DNA of 64,000 nucleotides from contig OY776510.1 of NCBI GenBank assembly GCA_963675665.1, forward strand, positions 3,360,001 through 3,424,000. The letters are read 5' to 3'. Origin of the DNA: Spirochaetia bacterium. Lineage in GTDB: Bacteria > Spirochaetota > Spirochaetia > UBA9216. Every line of letters starts with the position of its first letter. The first letter of the stretch is position 1. The notes below the pieces were generated by a model. That model was not told the origin of the DNA and ran no database searches. It saw only the letters and a program-made list of their open reading frames with translations. Made by a program: the position numbers and the translations under genes. This document shows positions 27,493 through 36,744 of the stretch, in pieces.

Positions 27493-28200
27493 ATGTCGAC
27501 AGAAAGAGCAGAAGAAATAAAAAATAATATTGAAATAATCAAAGGTAAAATTGATGATGCTGCACAGAAGTGCGGCCGAAGTATTGAAGAAATTAGATTA
27601 ATGGCAGTTTCAAAAACGAAACCTGTTGAAGATATAAAAGCTGCGTATGAAGCCGGGCAAAGACTTTTCGGTGAAAACAGAATTCAGGAAGCGGCTGAAA
27701 AATTTAATGAAATTCCTTCAGATGCTGAAATGCATATGATTGGGCATCTTCAGAGAAACAAAGTAAAAACAGCGGCTAAAAGTGCTTCATGTGTTCAGTC
27801 TATTGATAAATACGAAACTGCAGCGGAGCTTGATAAAAGAGTTTCGGAATATGGAAGAAAGATTGACATTCTTATTGAGATAAATACCTCAGGAGAAGCA
27901 AGTAAAAGCGGTTATGCAGATTATAATGTTTTTCTGAACGACCTTGACAAGTATATGAAACTGCAAAATCTTAATCTGAGGGGGCTTATGACTATAGCTC
28001 CTTTTACGGATAGCGAAAATGAAATAAGAAAATCTTTTGCTTCACTATATAAAAGTTATGAACGTCTTAAAAATGATGCCGGGACAGGTATTATCGATAC
28101 GCTTTCGATGGGAATGTCGTCGGATTTTGTTCTGGCTGTTATGGAAGGCAGTAATCTTGTCAGGGTTGGAACCGCTATCTTCGGGAGCAGAATATATTGA
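27493..28200 (+). CDS. yggS: PLP homeostasis protein (YggS family)
   Basis: AVSKTKP, FGENRIQE, HMIGHLQRNK, LSMGMSSDF and VRVGTAIFG motifs. Confidence 0.95.
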   Translation: MSTERAEEIKNNIEIIKGKIDDAAQKCGRSIEEIRLMAVSKTKPVEDIKAAYEAGQRLFGENRIQEAAEKFNEIPSDAEMHMIGHLQRNKVKTAAKSASCVQSIDKYETAAELDKRVSEYGRKIDILIEINTSGEASKSGYADYNVFLNDLDKYMKLQNLNLRGLMTIAPFTDSENEIRKSFASLYKSYERLKNDAGTGIIDTLSMGMSSDFVLAVMEGSNLVRVGTAIFGSRIY

Positions 28201-28604
28201 TAAAAAAGGGAATAATTGTATTAATATTAATTATAACTTTTTTCAGCGGCTGTAAAACGGTTGAAAATGATATATATGATTTAACGCCAGACAATGAGCC
28301 TGAGGAATATCAAAAAGAAGAATTCCCGAATTGGCTTCATGATCTGAGAAGGGCCGAGATAATATTTGCCGGTTCTGTTCCTTTTGCTATTCTTTTTACG
28401 AATATAGGATACAGTCTTTACGGTGCTTTCTCGGACGATTTCGGAGAAGGTTATTCCATCGAAAATTTTACAAGTTCTTCTTCAATGACCACAGAGCAGA
28501 GGTACAGGATCCTTTCAATAAGTCTGGGGCTCTCGGGAACAATTGCCGCAGCGGATTTTATAATAGGCCTGTTTAAAGATGATTCAACTGATGAAAGTGA
28601 TTAA
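28197..28604 (+). CDS. Hypothetical membrane lipoprotein
   Basis: TTG start overlapping the yggS stop; lipobox-like FFSG-C; two further hydrophobic segments. Confidence 0.65.
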   Translation: MIKKGIIVLILIITFFSGCKTVENDIYDLTPDNEPEEYQKEEFPNWLHDLRRAEIIFAGSVPFAILFTNIGYSLYGAFSDDFGEGYSIENFTSSSSMTTEQRYRILSISLGLSGTIAAADFIIGLFKDDSTDESD

Positions 28605-29490
28605 TGTTCCTGAAAATATAAAGAACGAACGTATAGACACTGTTATTGCAGACTCAGAGAAAGTTTCCAGAAACAGCATAAAATCCCGAATAGAAGAACT
28701 TTCCGTCAATGGCAAAGCGGCAAAACTGTCCCGAAAAGTTTCAGACGGAGACATAATTGAATTCAGTCTGAATAATGAGGCGGAGATAAATATTGAGCCG
28801 GAAAATGTTCAACTCGACATTATCTATGAAGATGATAATGTTTTTGTAATTAATAAACAGTCGGGAATGGTGGTGCATCCGGCTGCGGGGAACTATTCGG
28901 GAACAATGGCTCAGGGGATTATGTTCAGACTGCTCGAAGCTGAATCTGATTTTACGGAAAATGACACAAGACCGGGTATAGTTCATCGTCTTGATAAAGA
29001 TACTTCAGGGATTATCATAGCCGCAAAAAATACCAAAACCCTTGAATTTCTCTCCGAACAGTTCAGGAATAGAAAAGCTTCAAAAACATATCTGGCCGTA
29101 ATAAACGGCAATCTTCAGGAAAAAAAAGGCAGAATCGAAACCCTCGTCGGAAGGGACCCGCGCAACAGAAAGAAAATGACATGGAAAACAAAGAACGGAA
29201 AGAACGCAGTAACAATTTACAGGGTCTTAAAGCGCTGGAGAGATAAAAGCTTTGTAGCGCTTGATCTAAAAACCGGCAGGACACATCAACTCAGGGTGCA
29301 TATGCTGAGCATGAATGCTCCTATTGCAGGAGATCCTGTTTATTCGAGAAAAACTGAAGAATACAGAATGCTGCTGCATGCATACAGGCTTAGAATAATG
29401 CTTCCGGGAGAAACCGAATACCGGGAATTCAGGGCCCCGCTGCCGGAACGTTTTAAAAAGGAAATTATCAGTCTTTCAAATAAGGATTAA
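28591..29490 (+). CDS. rluD: RluA/RluD-family 23S rRNA pseudouridine synthase
   Basis: S4 domain, NKQSGMVVHP, RPGIVHRLDKDTSG, TGRTHQLRVH. Confidence 0.88.
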   Translation: MKVINVPENIKNERIDTVIADSEKVSRNSIKSRIEELSVNGKAAKLSRKVSDGDIIEFSLNNEAEINIEPENVQLDIIYEDDNVFVINKQSGMVVHPAAGNYSGTMAQGIMFRLLEAESDFTENDTRPGIVHRLDKDTSGIIIAAKNTKTLEFLSEQFRNRKASKTYLAVINGNLQEKKGRIETLVGRDPRNRKKMTWKTKNGKNAVTIYRVLKRWRDKSFVALDLKTGRTHQLRVHMLSMNAPIAGDPVYSRKTEEYRMLLHAYRLRIMLPGETEYREFRAPLPERFKKEIISLSNKD

Positions 29491-30031
29491 AAGCTTTTTC
29501 CGTTCTGATGGTGCTTGGAGAACCATGTCCGGGAAAAATAAGCATGTCTTCATCCAGAGTGAATATCCTTGCGTGAATTTTGTCTTTGAGGATTTTCATT
29601 TGGGAAATTGTAAGATCGCGATCAATAGTACCGGAAAGAAGAACGTCACCTGTAAAAAGCATGTTATTTATTTTAAATATCATGGAATCCGGAGAATGTC
29701 CGGGAATATTTATAATATCAACTTTCAAATCTCCCAACCTGAGGTGATCACCGTCTTCAATACGGTTGAAATCCGTTTCAAAAGGAAGAGGCATATTGCT
29801 GTATATCTCAGCATCATATATTTTACGTAATGTTTTAATACCGTTTACATGTGAATCGTGGTTATGGGTAACAAGGATATGCCGGATATAGAAATTGTTT
29901 CTTTCAATAAGGTTGAGCAGCGGAAGATCCATGACGCCCGGATCTATAATAACAGCGTCTCCTCCCTCAGCCGGTCCAAGAAGATATGTGTTTGAAAAAT
30001 TCGACAAAACAAAATGGAAAAATAATTTCAC
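29468..30031 (-). CDS. Metallo-beta-lactamase fold hydrolase
   Basis: IIDPG, THNHDSH, PGHSPD, LFTGD and PGHG motifs. Confidence 0.88.
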   Translation of the reverse strand: MKLFFHFVLSNFSNTYLLGPAEGGDAVIIDPGVMDLPLLNLIERNNFYIRHILVTHNHDSHVNGIKTLRKIYDAEIYSNMPLPFETDFNRIEDGDHLRLGDLKVDIINIPGHSPDSMIFKINNMLFTGDVLLSGTIDRDLTISQMKILKDKIHARIFTLDEDMLIFPGHGSPSTIRTEKAFNPYLKD

Positions 30032-30624
30032 GGCATTTGCCCCTTGTCAAACTCAGCCTCTTCATGATTTGAGTATTTAAAACTTGTATTGTTTATTGTT
30101 GAATTTAAATAGCTTACTTTTTTCAGATTACAGTCTTTAAAGGATGAATCCTGAATACCTGCTGAAATATAAGATGAATAGTAAAGATCACAACTTTCAA
30201 ATACAGTATTTTTTATTGTTGAACCGTTAAAGTTTGAATGAAGAATCTCGGAATCAATAAAATTGCAGTTGTAAAAGACTGAACCGCCGAAAACAGAATA
30301 ACGTATATCGGATTTTCTGAAACTGCAGTTATTAAATCGACAAAAATCAAAAAAACATAACTTAATGGAAAGATCGTCAAAAACCATGTTGTTAAATACG
30401 GTTTCGGAAAATTTACTGGTTATAATATTCCGGCACGGAACGGTAATTCCGGATAATTCAGCATGGCAAAGTTTATAATTGGACATTGTGTCGCAATCGG
30501 AAAGCGATGCGGAAATATTTTGAATATATTCATTAAAATTATCCAAATGTGCATAACAATATCTGCTGCCTGTAACTGCATGTTCATGACAATTTTTTAT
30601 GGCACATTTTCTTGATGAAAACAT
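30028..30624 (-). CDS. Pentapeptide-repeat protein with N-terminal Cys/His motif
   Basis: Period-5 F..C.F..S.F repeats; N-terminal CAIKNC...YCYAH; start moved to ATG 30624. Confidence 0.8.
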   Translation of the reverse strand: MFSSRKCAIKNCHEHAVTGSRYCYAHLDNFNEYIQNISASLSDCDTMSNYKLCHAELSGITVPCRNIITSKFSETVFNNMVFDDLSIKLCFFDFCRFNNCSFRKSDIRYSVFGGSVFYNCNFIDSEILHSNFNGSTIKNTVFESCDLYYSSYISAGIQDSSFKDCNLKKVSYLNSTINNTSFKYSNHEEAEFDKGQMP

Positions 30625-30718
30625 AAAATTAATATAACAGGCTTTTTTGGTTTTTGCCAGCAAATAATCAGACATGCAGATACTGGACAATGCCGATTTA
30701 TACGGATATTATTTCTGC

Positions 30719-31009
30719 ATGTCCTATTGTTATGCATGCGGTATAAAATTTCCGGAAGATTTCAAGGTATACAGAACGACTGAATGCCCATCATGCGGAC
30801 GAGATGTTAAGGTATGCCGGAATTGCGCTTTTTACAGCCCGAACTCCAGTATGGACTGCACTGAAAACATCCAGGAAGCGGTGACAGACAAGGAAAAAGC
30901 AAATTTTTGCGATTACTTCAAACTCGGCGACCGTACAGACGACGGAAGTACTGACAAAAAATCACGCGACGCGCGCAAAGCTTTTAACAGTCTTTTCGGC
31001 GATGAATAA
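30719..31009 (+). CDS. Small Cys-rich conserved hypothetical (zinc-ribbon-like) protein
   Basis: CYAC, CPSC, CRNC and further Cys; start moved to ATG 30719; overlaps the murI start. Confidence 0.75.
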   Translation: MSYCYACGIKFPEDFKVYRTTECPSCGRDVKVCRNCAFYSPNSSMDCTENIQEAVTDKEKANFCDYFKLGDRTDDGSTDKKSRDARKAFNSLFGDE

Positions 31010-31793
31010 TTCTCCGCTTGCTTTTCTTGATTCAGGTATAGGCGGTCTACCGTACCTGGAATGGCTGAAAGAAAGACTTCCGCAGGAATCGTTCGTATAT
31101 CTTGCAGACAACCTTAATTTCCCTTATGGAACAAAATCAAAAGAACAGCTCGTGAAAATAATGAGTGATACGATGAATTTCCTGTATCGAAAATATAATC
31201 CGAAGGCGGCAGTTATTGCCTGTAATACAGCATCTGTAATCAGCCTTGCAAGTTTGAGAGAAGAATTCAGATTTCCTATAATTGGTGTTGTTCCTGCAGT
31301 TAAACCTGCAGCATTTATGTCGCGAAAAAAAAGAATAGGGTTGATGGCTTCAAACAGAACAATAGAAGATTCCTATACGGAAAACCTGATAAATGAGCAT
31401 GCGTCGGATTGCGCAGTGTTCAGATATGCAGGAACCGAAATAATTGATTTTATTGAAAACAAGCTATGTACAGCAACAACAGAAGAAGCTACAGAGATTA
31501 TCAGGCCCGCTGTTGATTTTTTTATCAATAATGACGTCGATATACTTGTTCTCGGATGTACGCATTTTTTGTTCCTTGAAAAGCAGCTTCAGTCTTTGTT
31601 GGGTGATGGAATAAGCATAATAGATTCTCGGGAAGGCGTAGGCAACCAGATAATAAGGGTTCTCGGTAATAATGATTTGCTTTCAGCTGAAAAAATGGAT
31701 GATTATTTTATTCTTACAGGTACTGAAAAAAACAGGGAAAAGATTAAAAACTACAACTGGATATCGGAGAAATACGGGTTGTGCGCGGTTTAG
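31002..31793 (+). CDS. murI: Glutamate racemase
   Basis: DSGIGG, PYG, ACNTA and LGCTHF motifs. Confidence 0.95.
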   Translation: MNNSPLAFLDSGIGGLPYLEWLKERLPQESFVYLADNLNFPYGTKSKEQLVKIMSDTMNFLYRKYNPKAAVIACNTASVISLASLREEFRFPIIGVVPAVKPAAFMSRKKRIGLMASNRTIEDSYTENLINEHASDCAVFRYAGTEIIDFIENKLCTATTEEATEIIRPAVDFFINNDVDILVLGCTHFLFLEKQLQSLLGDGISIIDSREGVGNQIIRVLGNNDLLSAEKMDDYFILTGTEKNREKIKNYNWISEKYGLCAV

Positions 31794-32710
31794 TAAGGTT
31801 CGGTATAAATAACATATATACCGTAGAATGCGGCAGCGATATTTTTGAATGCAGAATCAAGGGTAAAAAACTGAAATCGGAACGAAGTGAATACAATCCC
31901 ATATGTTCCGGTGATTTTGTTGAGATTGAGCCGGATTCCAACCATCCGGGAAAAGGAATGATCATCTCAAGGCATGAGAGGAAAAATTCATTTGCCCGGT
32001 GGAACAGAAAGCGTGCAAATATTCAGACTATTGCGGCAAATATTGATCTTCTGGTATGTATTATTTCTCCAATATCTCCGCCTTTCAAGCCGAGGTTTGT
32101 TGATCGGGTACTGGTCAATTCGGAGGACAACCTTCCGGTATTAATTGTACTGAACAAAACAGATCAGGGATTAGCAGAAGAGGCTGTTCACAGAATAAAC
32201 AACTGGAAACAAATGGGCTATGAAGTTATCCTGACCTCCGTGAAAACAGGCGAAGGTATTGAAGACGTAAAAAAGATTATTAAAGGCAGAACAGCAGCTT
32301 TTGTAGGACAGTCGGGTGTGGGGAAGTCTTCCATTTTGAATAAAATTGAACCGGGTTTGAACTTCAGGGTCGGAAGCGTCTCCGAGAAATTCAACAAGGG
32401 GACCCATACTACGTGTTTTGCTGTGCTTGAATCCTGGCAGAGCGGATTTATCATAGATACACCGGGAATAAAGGAAATAGATCCTGTAGGTATAGAGCCA
32501 GAAATACTCTCACATTTCATGCGTGATTTTAAACCGTTTATCGGAAAATGTCTGCACAATGTTTGTCTTCATAAAAATGAACCTGGTTGTGCTGTTAAAA
32601 AGGCGGTAGAAGACGGTGTTATTATTGAAGAACGTTACGACAGTTATTTAAGAATGCTTCAGGATCTTGAAAGCCGCATAAAAAGAAATAAATATCGCAA
32701 GGAGGGATAA
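31781..32710 (+). CDS. rsgA: Ribosome small subunit-dependent GTPase A
   Basis: Circularly permuted NKTD, GQSGVGKSS, HTT, DTPG; C-terminal C..C.H..EPGC zinc site. Confidence 0.95.
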   Translation: MRGLVRFGINNIYTVECGSDIFECRIKGKKLKSERSEYNPICSGDFVEIEPDSNHPGKGMIISRHERKNSFARWNRKRANIQTIAANIDLLVCIISPISPPFKPRFVDRVLVNSEDNLPVLIVLNKTDQGLAEEAVHRINNWKQMGYEVILTSVKTGEGIEDVKKIIKGRTAAFVGQSGVGKSSILNKIEPGLNFRVGSVSEKFNKGTHTTCFAVLESWQSGFIIDTPGIKEIDPVGIEPEILSHFMRDFKPFIGKCLHNVCLHKNEPGCAVKKAVEDGVIIEERYDSYLRMLQDLESRIKRNKYRKEG

Positions 32711-32712
32711 AA

Positions 32713-35082
32713 CTGGAACGCCAAACGCTGGAACTTCTCGAGTTTGACAATATAAGAAATACAATATCCTCATATGCACGATCACCGGGTGGAGCGGCAC
32801 TGATAAAAAAACAGGATTTCGATAACGATTTCGAAATTCTTGAAAACCGGAAGGATATAGTTTCCGACTGGAAAATACTGCTGGGATCGGATTTAAAAAC
32901 GCCGGACTTGTTTTTTCCGGAAATCCTTTTTCTGGAACGGCTTAACATTTCAGGAAGTGTTCTTGAAGGATTGGAGCTTGCGGATGCAGCAGCATATATA
33001 AAATCAGCAGTGCTGATGAAAAAATTTTGCTGTAAAGAACCGGATAATATTACTTTGAGCGGAGCTCTTCGAAAAGAAGCGGAACTGCTGCCTGATCTGG
33101 TTGAATATGCTGAAGCAATTCTGAAAGAGTTGAATCCTGACGGCAGTGTGAAGGATAATCATCCGCTGTTAAAAAAGGCAAGGGCCCGGATAGCAGGATT
33201 ACACGGCCGGATAAATAAAATAACGTCCGTATATATGGCTGAGAACAGGGATATATGGCAGGCGGCAGTGCCTTCGCAGCGGGACGGCAGAATAGTTCTT
33301 CCGTTGAAATCGAATTTCAGGGGAAGGGTAAAAGGCCTGGTTCACGAGGTTTCGACAAGCGGAGCAACGGTTTTTATTGAGCCTTTCGACCTGGTCGAAC
33401 TCAATAATGAAATGACTTTCGAGCAGAATCAGCTTAATCAGCAGGTAATAAAAATATACAGAGGGCTGACTGACAAACTCCGCGAAGGGGTAGACGAACT
33501 TGATACGCTAAACCGTCAGGTTTCCTATCTCGATTCCTGGTATGCCCGTGCTGAATACAGTATCAGAAATAAATGTATACGACCACAAAACTGTGAAAAC
33601 GGGATTGTAATAAAAAAGGGACGTCATCCGTTGCTGGGAGAATCTGCAGTACCTATCAGTCTTTCATATAATGATGAGATAAGTATTCTGATTATAACAG
33701 GGCCCAATGCCGGAGGTAAAACGGTAACGTTGAAAACCTGCGGGATTTTTGTTTTGATGAATCAGTTTGCCTGTGAACTTCCTGCAATGGAAGGAACTGC
33801 AATAGGAATGTATGATGATGTATTTGCAGATATAGGTGATGACCAGTCTATAGAAGAATCGCTGTCAACTTTCTCCGGACACATGAAAAGAATAAGTGAA
33901 ATAACCAAAAAGGCAGGAAGCAGTTCGCTTGTACTGCTTGATGAGCTTGGTTCCGGAACCGACCCATCCCAGGGTTCGGCTATTGCGATGGGAATTCTCG
34001 AACATCTGAGAACAAACAGTATTTCAACAATTGTCACAACGCATCATGCTGCTGTTAAAAATTTCGGTTATACACACAAAGGTGCGGTAAACGCATCAGT
34101 TGCTTTTGATGCGGTTACAATGAAGCCCACCTACGAAATAATTGAAGGAGTGCCAGGAGAAAGCCATGCGTTGGAGATAGCACAGTCTATAGGACTGCCT
34201 GAAGAAATAATCAGCAAAGCCGGACAATATATGGAAAGCGGAGACGTTACCGTATCAGAAATGATCAGGGAACTGGAACGCAGGCAGAACCTTATTTTTG
34301 AACGCGACAGAAAGCTGGCCGAAGCGGAGAAGGAAATTCGTGAAGATCGCAGGGCTCTTGATCTTGCCAAGTTGAGGTTGAGACAGTCCCAGCATGAAAT
34401 AGGTCTTGATGATTATGGAAAGATGAAATCATTTCTTAAGGAATCAAGAAAAGAACTTGAAAATCTTGTGAGGGAATTGCGAGAAGGCGAGATAACCAGG
34501 GTTAAAACAAAAAAAGTCAAAAATTTTGTTGCATCAGTAGAAGAAAAGCTTGATATAGAGAAAGCTGAAATAGAAAAGACAGAGGAAGAAATTGCCCTGT
34601 ATAATTCGGATGATGAAAATGGTACTGACGACGGTGTTATTAAGTTGCAGCCGGGGACGGAAGTAAAATACAGGAAAAACAATAAAACGGGTATCCTTGT
34701 TGAGGAAAGGAAAAAAGACTCCTGGCTTGTTGCATTCGGAAATGTAAAACTGACCATAAAAACCAGGGACCTGACGGCAATAAAAAGCAGCGGAAAGAAA
34801 AAGGCTGTGAAAGCATCAGGTGTAGCGGGGTTCACCGCAAGAGCTGTTTTTGAGCTGGACCTGCGTGGAATGAGGGCGTATGAAGCAGAATCAGCACTGA
34901 TTAAGCAAATAGATTCTGCATTACTGAGCGGTATGAACGAATTCAGCATTATTCACGGACTTGGTGAAGGTGTTCTGCAGAAAACAGTACAGGACTTCCT
35001 TCGTTCCTGCGAAGCTGTAAAATCTTTTTCTTTTTCAGATCCTGAACAGGGCGGATTCGGGAAAACAATAGTAAGGTTATAG
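32713..35082 (+). CDS. mutS2: Endonuclease MutS2 (ATPase, coiled coil, KOW, Smr)
   Basis: TGPNAGGKT, DIGDDQSIEESLSTFS, LLDELG.GTDP, LDLRG...IIHG.G.G.L Smr; frame open upstream of the ORF-track start to a CTG at 32713. Confidence 0.92.
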   Translation: MERQTLELLEFDNIRNTISSYARSPGGAALIKKQDFDNDFEILENRKDIVSDWKILLGSDLKTPDLFFPEILFLERLNISGSVLEGLELADAAAYIKSAVLMKKFCCKEPDNITLSGALRKEAELLPDLVEYAEAILKELNPDGSVKDNHPLLKKARARIAGLHGRINKITSVYMAENRDIWQAAVPSQRDGRIVLPLKSNFRGRVKGLVHEVSTSGATVFIEPFDLVELNNEMTFEQNQLNQQVIKIYRGLTDKLREGVDELDTLNRQVSYLDSWYARAEYSIRNKCIRPQNCENGIVIKKGRHPLLGESAVPISLSYNDEISILIITGPNAGGKTVTLKTCGIFVLMNQFACELPAMEGTAIGMYDDVFADIGDDQSIEESLSTFSGHMKRISEITKKAGSSSLVLLDELGSGTDPSQGSAIAMGILEHLRTNSISTIVTTHHAAVKNFGYTHKGAVNASVAFDAVTMKPTYEIIEGVPGESHALEIAQSIGLPEEIISKAGQYMESGDVTVSEMIRELERRQNLIFERDRKLAEAEKEIREDRRALDLAKLRLRQSQHEIGLDDYGKMKSFLKESRKELENLVRELREGEITRVKTKKVKNFVASVEEKLDIEKAEIEKTEEEIALYNSDDENGTDDGVIKLQPGTEVKYRKNNKTGILVEERKKDSWLVAFGNVKLTIKTRDLTAIKSSGKKKAVKASGVAGFTARAVFELDLRGMRAYEAESALIKQIDSALLSGMNEFSIIHGLGEGVLQKTVQDFLRSCEAVKSFSFSDPEQGGFGKTIVRL

Positions 35083-35086
35083 TTCA

Positions 35087-35485
35087 ATGATTTACAGCCG
35101 GAAAATACTGCAGTTTGACAGCACACTAAAAAAAATATTTGATATGATTGACGATTTTCTGGAAAACAATTATGGTAATAATTATCATTTGCATCCCAAC
35201 AGACCTGTGCGGGGCAGTACGGCAAATAAGGCCAGCGACGGACTGTTTAATGTGGGAGCAAGCTTCAGCGCCGGTTACGGTTCTGTTTACGGCAGAGGAT
35301 ATGTTGTAGATGTAGATCTGGCAACTCTGGATCATGTTCCTGAAAAAGTTCAGATTGATATAGAAAACGAGGTAGCGGACTTACTGAGTGAAATAATTCC
35401 GCAGTACTTTCCGGGACAGGATATCAGAATCAGTCGCGACGGCGGCGTTTTAAAGATTTACGGTGAGTTGATCTTGAAAGAATAG
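35087..35485 (+). CDS. Conserved hypothetical protein
   Basis: 132-aa ORF 4 nt after mutS2; LHPNRP.RG.TAN...DGLF...F..GYGS..GRGY looks like a conserved motif. Confidence 0.7.
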   Translation: MIYSRKILQFDSTLKKIFDMIDDFLENNYGNNYHLHPNRPVRGSTANKASDGLFNVGASFSAGYGSVYGRGYVVDVDLATLDHVPEKVQIDIENEVADLLSEIIPQYFPGQDIRISRDGGVLKIYGELILKE

Positions 35486-35518
35486 TATGAAAATCATTTG
35501 GCTTTATTGCTGAAAAGC

Positions 35519-35547
35519 TTGCATCGGCATTAAAGGTCTTATAAAAT
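35519..35547 (+). promoter_or_regulatory. Putative promoter of V-ATPase operon
   Basis: TTGCAT-17 bp-TAAAAT. Confidence 0.55.
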
Positions 35548-35580
35548 TAAATTAACAGAAATTGTTATTGTGAGGAAAAT

Positions 35581-36186
35581 ATGGATGTTCAACTCAAAGA
35601 GCTTTTAGAAAAAATCAATAAGGATGGTGTTGAAACTGCTGAGCAGAAAGCTTCGGTGATCATTACTGACGCAGAAAAAAAAGCTGAAGAAATTGTCTCA
35701 AAAGCCAGGAAAGAGGCGGATAAAATTGTTGCGGAAGGCAAATCCAGGGCTGCCAGAGCAGAATCCGGCGGAAAAGCTGCTGTTGCCCAGGCCGGCAGAG
35801 ACCTTGTTCTTAAAGTAAAGAAGGAAATTGAGAATCTTTTTGATCAGATTATTTCTGCAGACACCGGAAAAGCGATGAGCGGTAAAATTCTGGAAGAAGC
35901 TGTTGTGATTATTGTAAAAGCATGGGCTGAAAAAGGCGAATATAATGTTCAGCTTTCGGAAAAAGATTTTTCAGAAATAGGTAAATCATGCATTTCGAAA
36001 CTTGTCGCTGAATTGAAGGGCGGAACAGAGATAAAGCCTTTCCCGGGAGTTGAACACGGATTTCGTTTGAGTGAAAAGGATGGAGGGGCTTACTATAACT
36101 TTACTGCCGAAGCAGTTGCGGCAAACCTTGCTGAACTTTTAAATCCAAAACTTGCTGAAATTATCCAGACTTCGTCAGAGGAGTAA
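35581..36186 (+). CDS. V-type ATP synthase subunit E
   Basis: LKELLEKINKDGVE..E..A..II..AE coiled-coil pattern; first gene of the operon. Confidence 0.88.
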   Translation: MDVQLKELLEKINKDGVETAEQKASVIITDAEKKAEEIVSKARKEADKIVAEGKSRAARAESGGKAAVAQAGRDLVLKVKKEIENLFDQIISADTGKAMSGKILEEAVVIIVKAWAEKGEYNVQLSEKDFSEIGKSCISKLVAELKGGTEIKPFPGVEHGFRLSEKDGGAYYNFTAEAVAANLAELLNPKLAEIIQTSSEE

Positions 36187-36189
36187 GTT

Positions 36190-36744
36190 TTGGCAGAATA
36201 TTATTATACGGTTGCATCATTACCGATGCTGACCATTAATCAGGATCCGCCGATAACAATAGATTATTTCACGGAAACATGCAGATACACTATGTCCGAA
36301 CAGGATTTCAGAACTCTTATGACTGCTGAAATAGCTCCTGTAAATCCGTCGACCCAAAAAACAATTGAAATGTGGCAAAACTGGGAAAGATCATTAAGAA
36401 ATGAGCTTGCCAGGATACGATCGCAAAAGACCGGGATTGATGCCGAACGGTATTTAAGGGAAGGTGATACTTCAACGGGAGTTTTTGATGCGGCAAGAGA
36501 AGCCGCAGGAGCAGTAAATCCGCAGGCGGGAGAAGATATCCTTGATAATGCGAGATGGAGATATCTTGACGAGCTGGAAAGCAGTCATAATTTTGATTTG
36601 ACAAAACTGATTGTTTATTATCTGAAACTTCAAATTGCAGAACGAAAAAAAAGCATGAACACTGAAAACGGCTCGGAAAAATACAGGGAAATATATAACG
36701 GAATTACGGATAAAATACATCAATCTTACGATGGAGAATTATAG
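36190..36744 (+). CDS. V-type ATPase operon protein (DUF2764 / subunit C-like)
   Basis: YYYTVASLP.L, WERSLRNELA..R and HNFD...L..Y.LKL.I motifs; lies between E and A. Confidence 0.8.
   Translation: MAEYYYTVASLPMLTINQDPPITIDYFTETCRYTMSEQDFRTLMTAEIAPVNPSTQKTIEMWQNWERSLRNELARIRSQKTGIDAERYLREGDTSTGVFDAAREAAGAVNPQAGEDILDNARWRYLDELESSHNFDLTKLIVYYLKLQIAERKKSMNTENGSEKYREIYNGITDKIHQSYDGEL

Noticed and set aside
32713-32907. mutS2 as a 5'-truncated pseudogene
   Set aside because: The upstream frame is open with no frameshift and encodes the expected N-terminus; better explained by a non-canonical start
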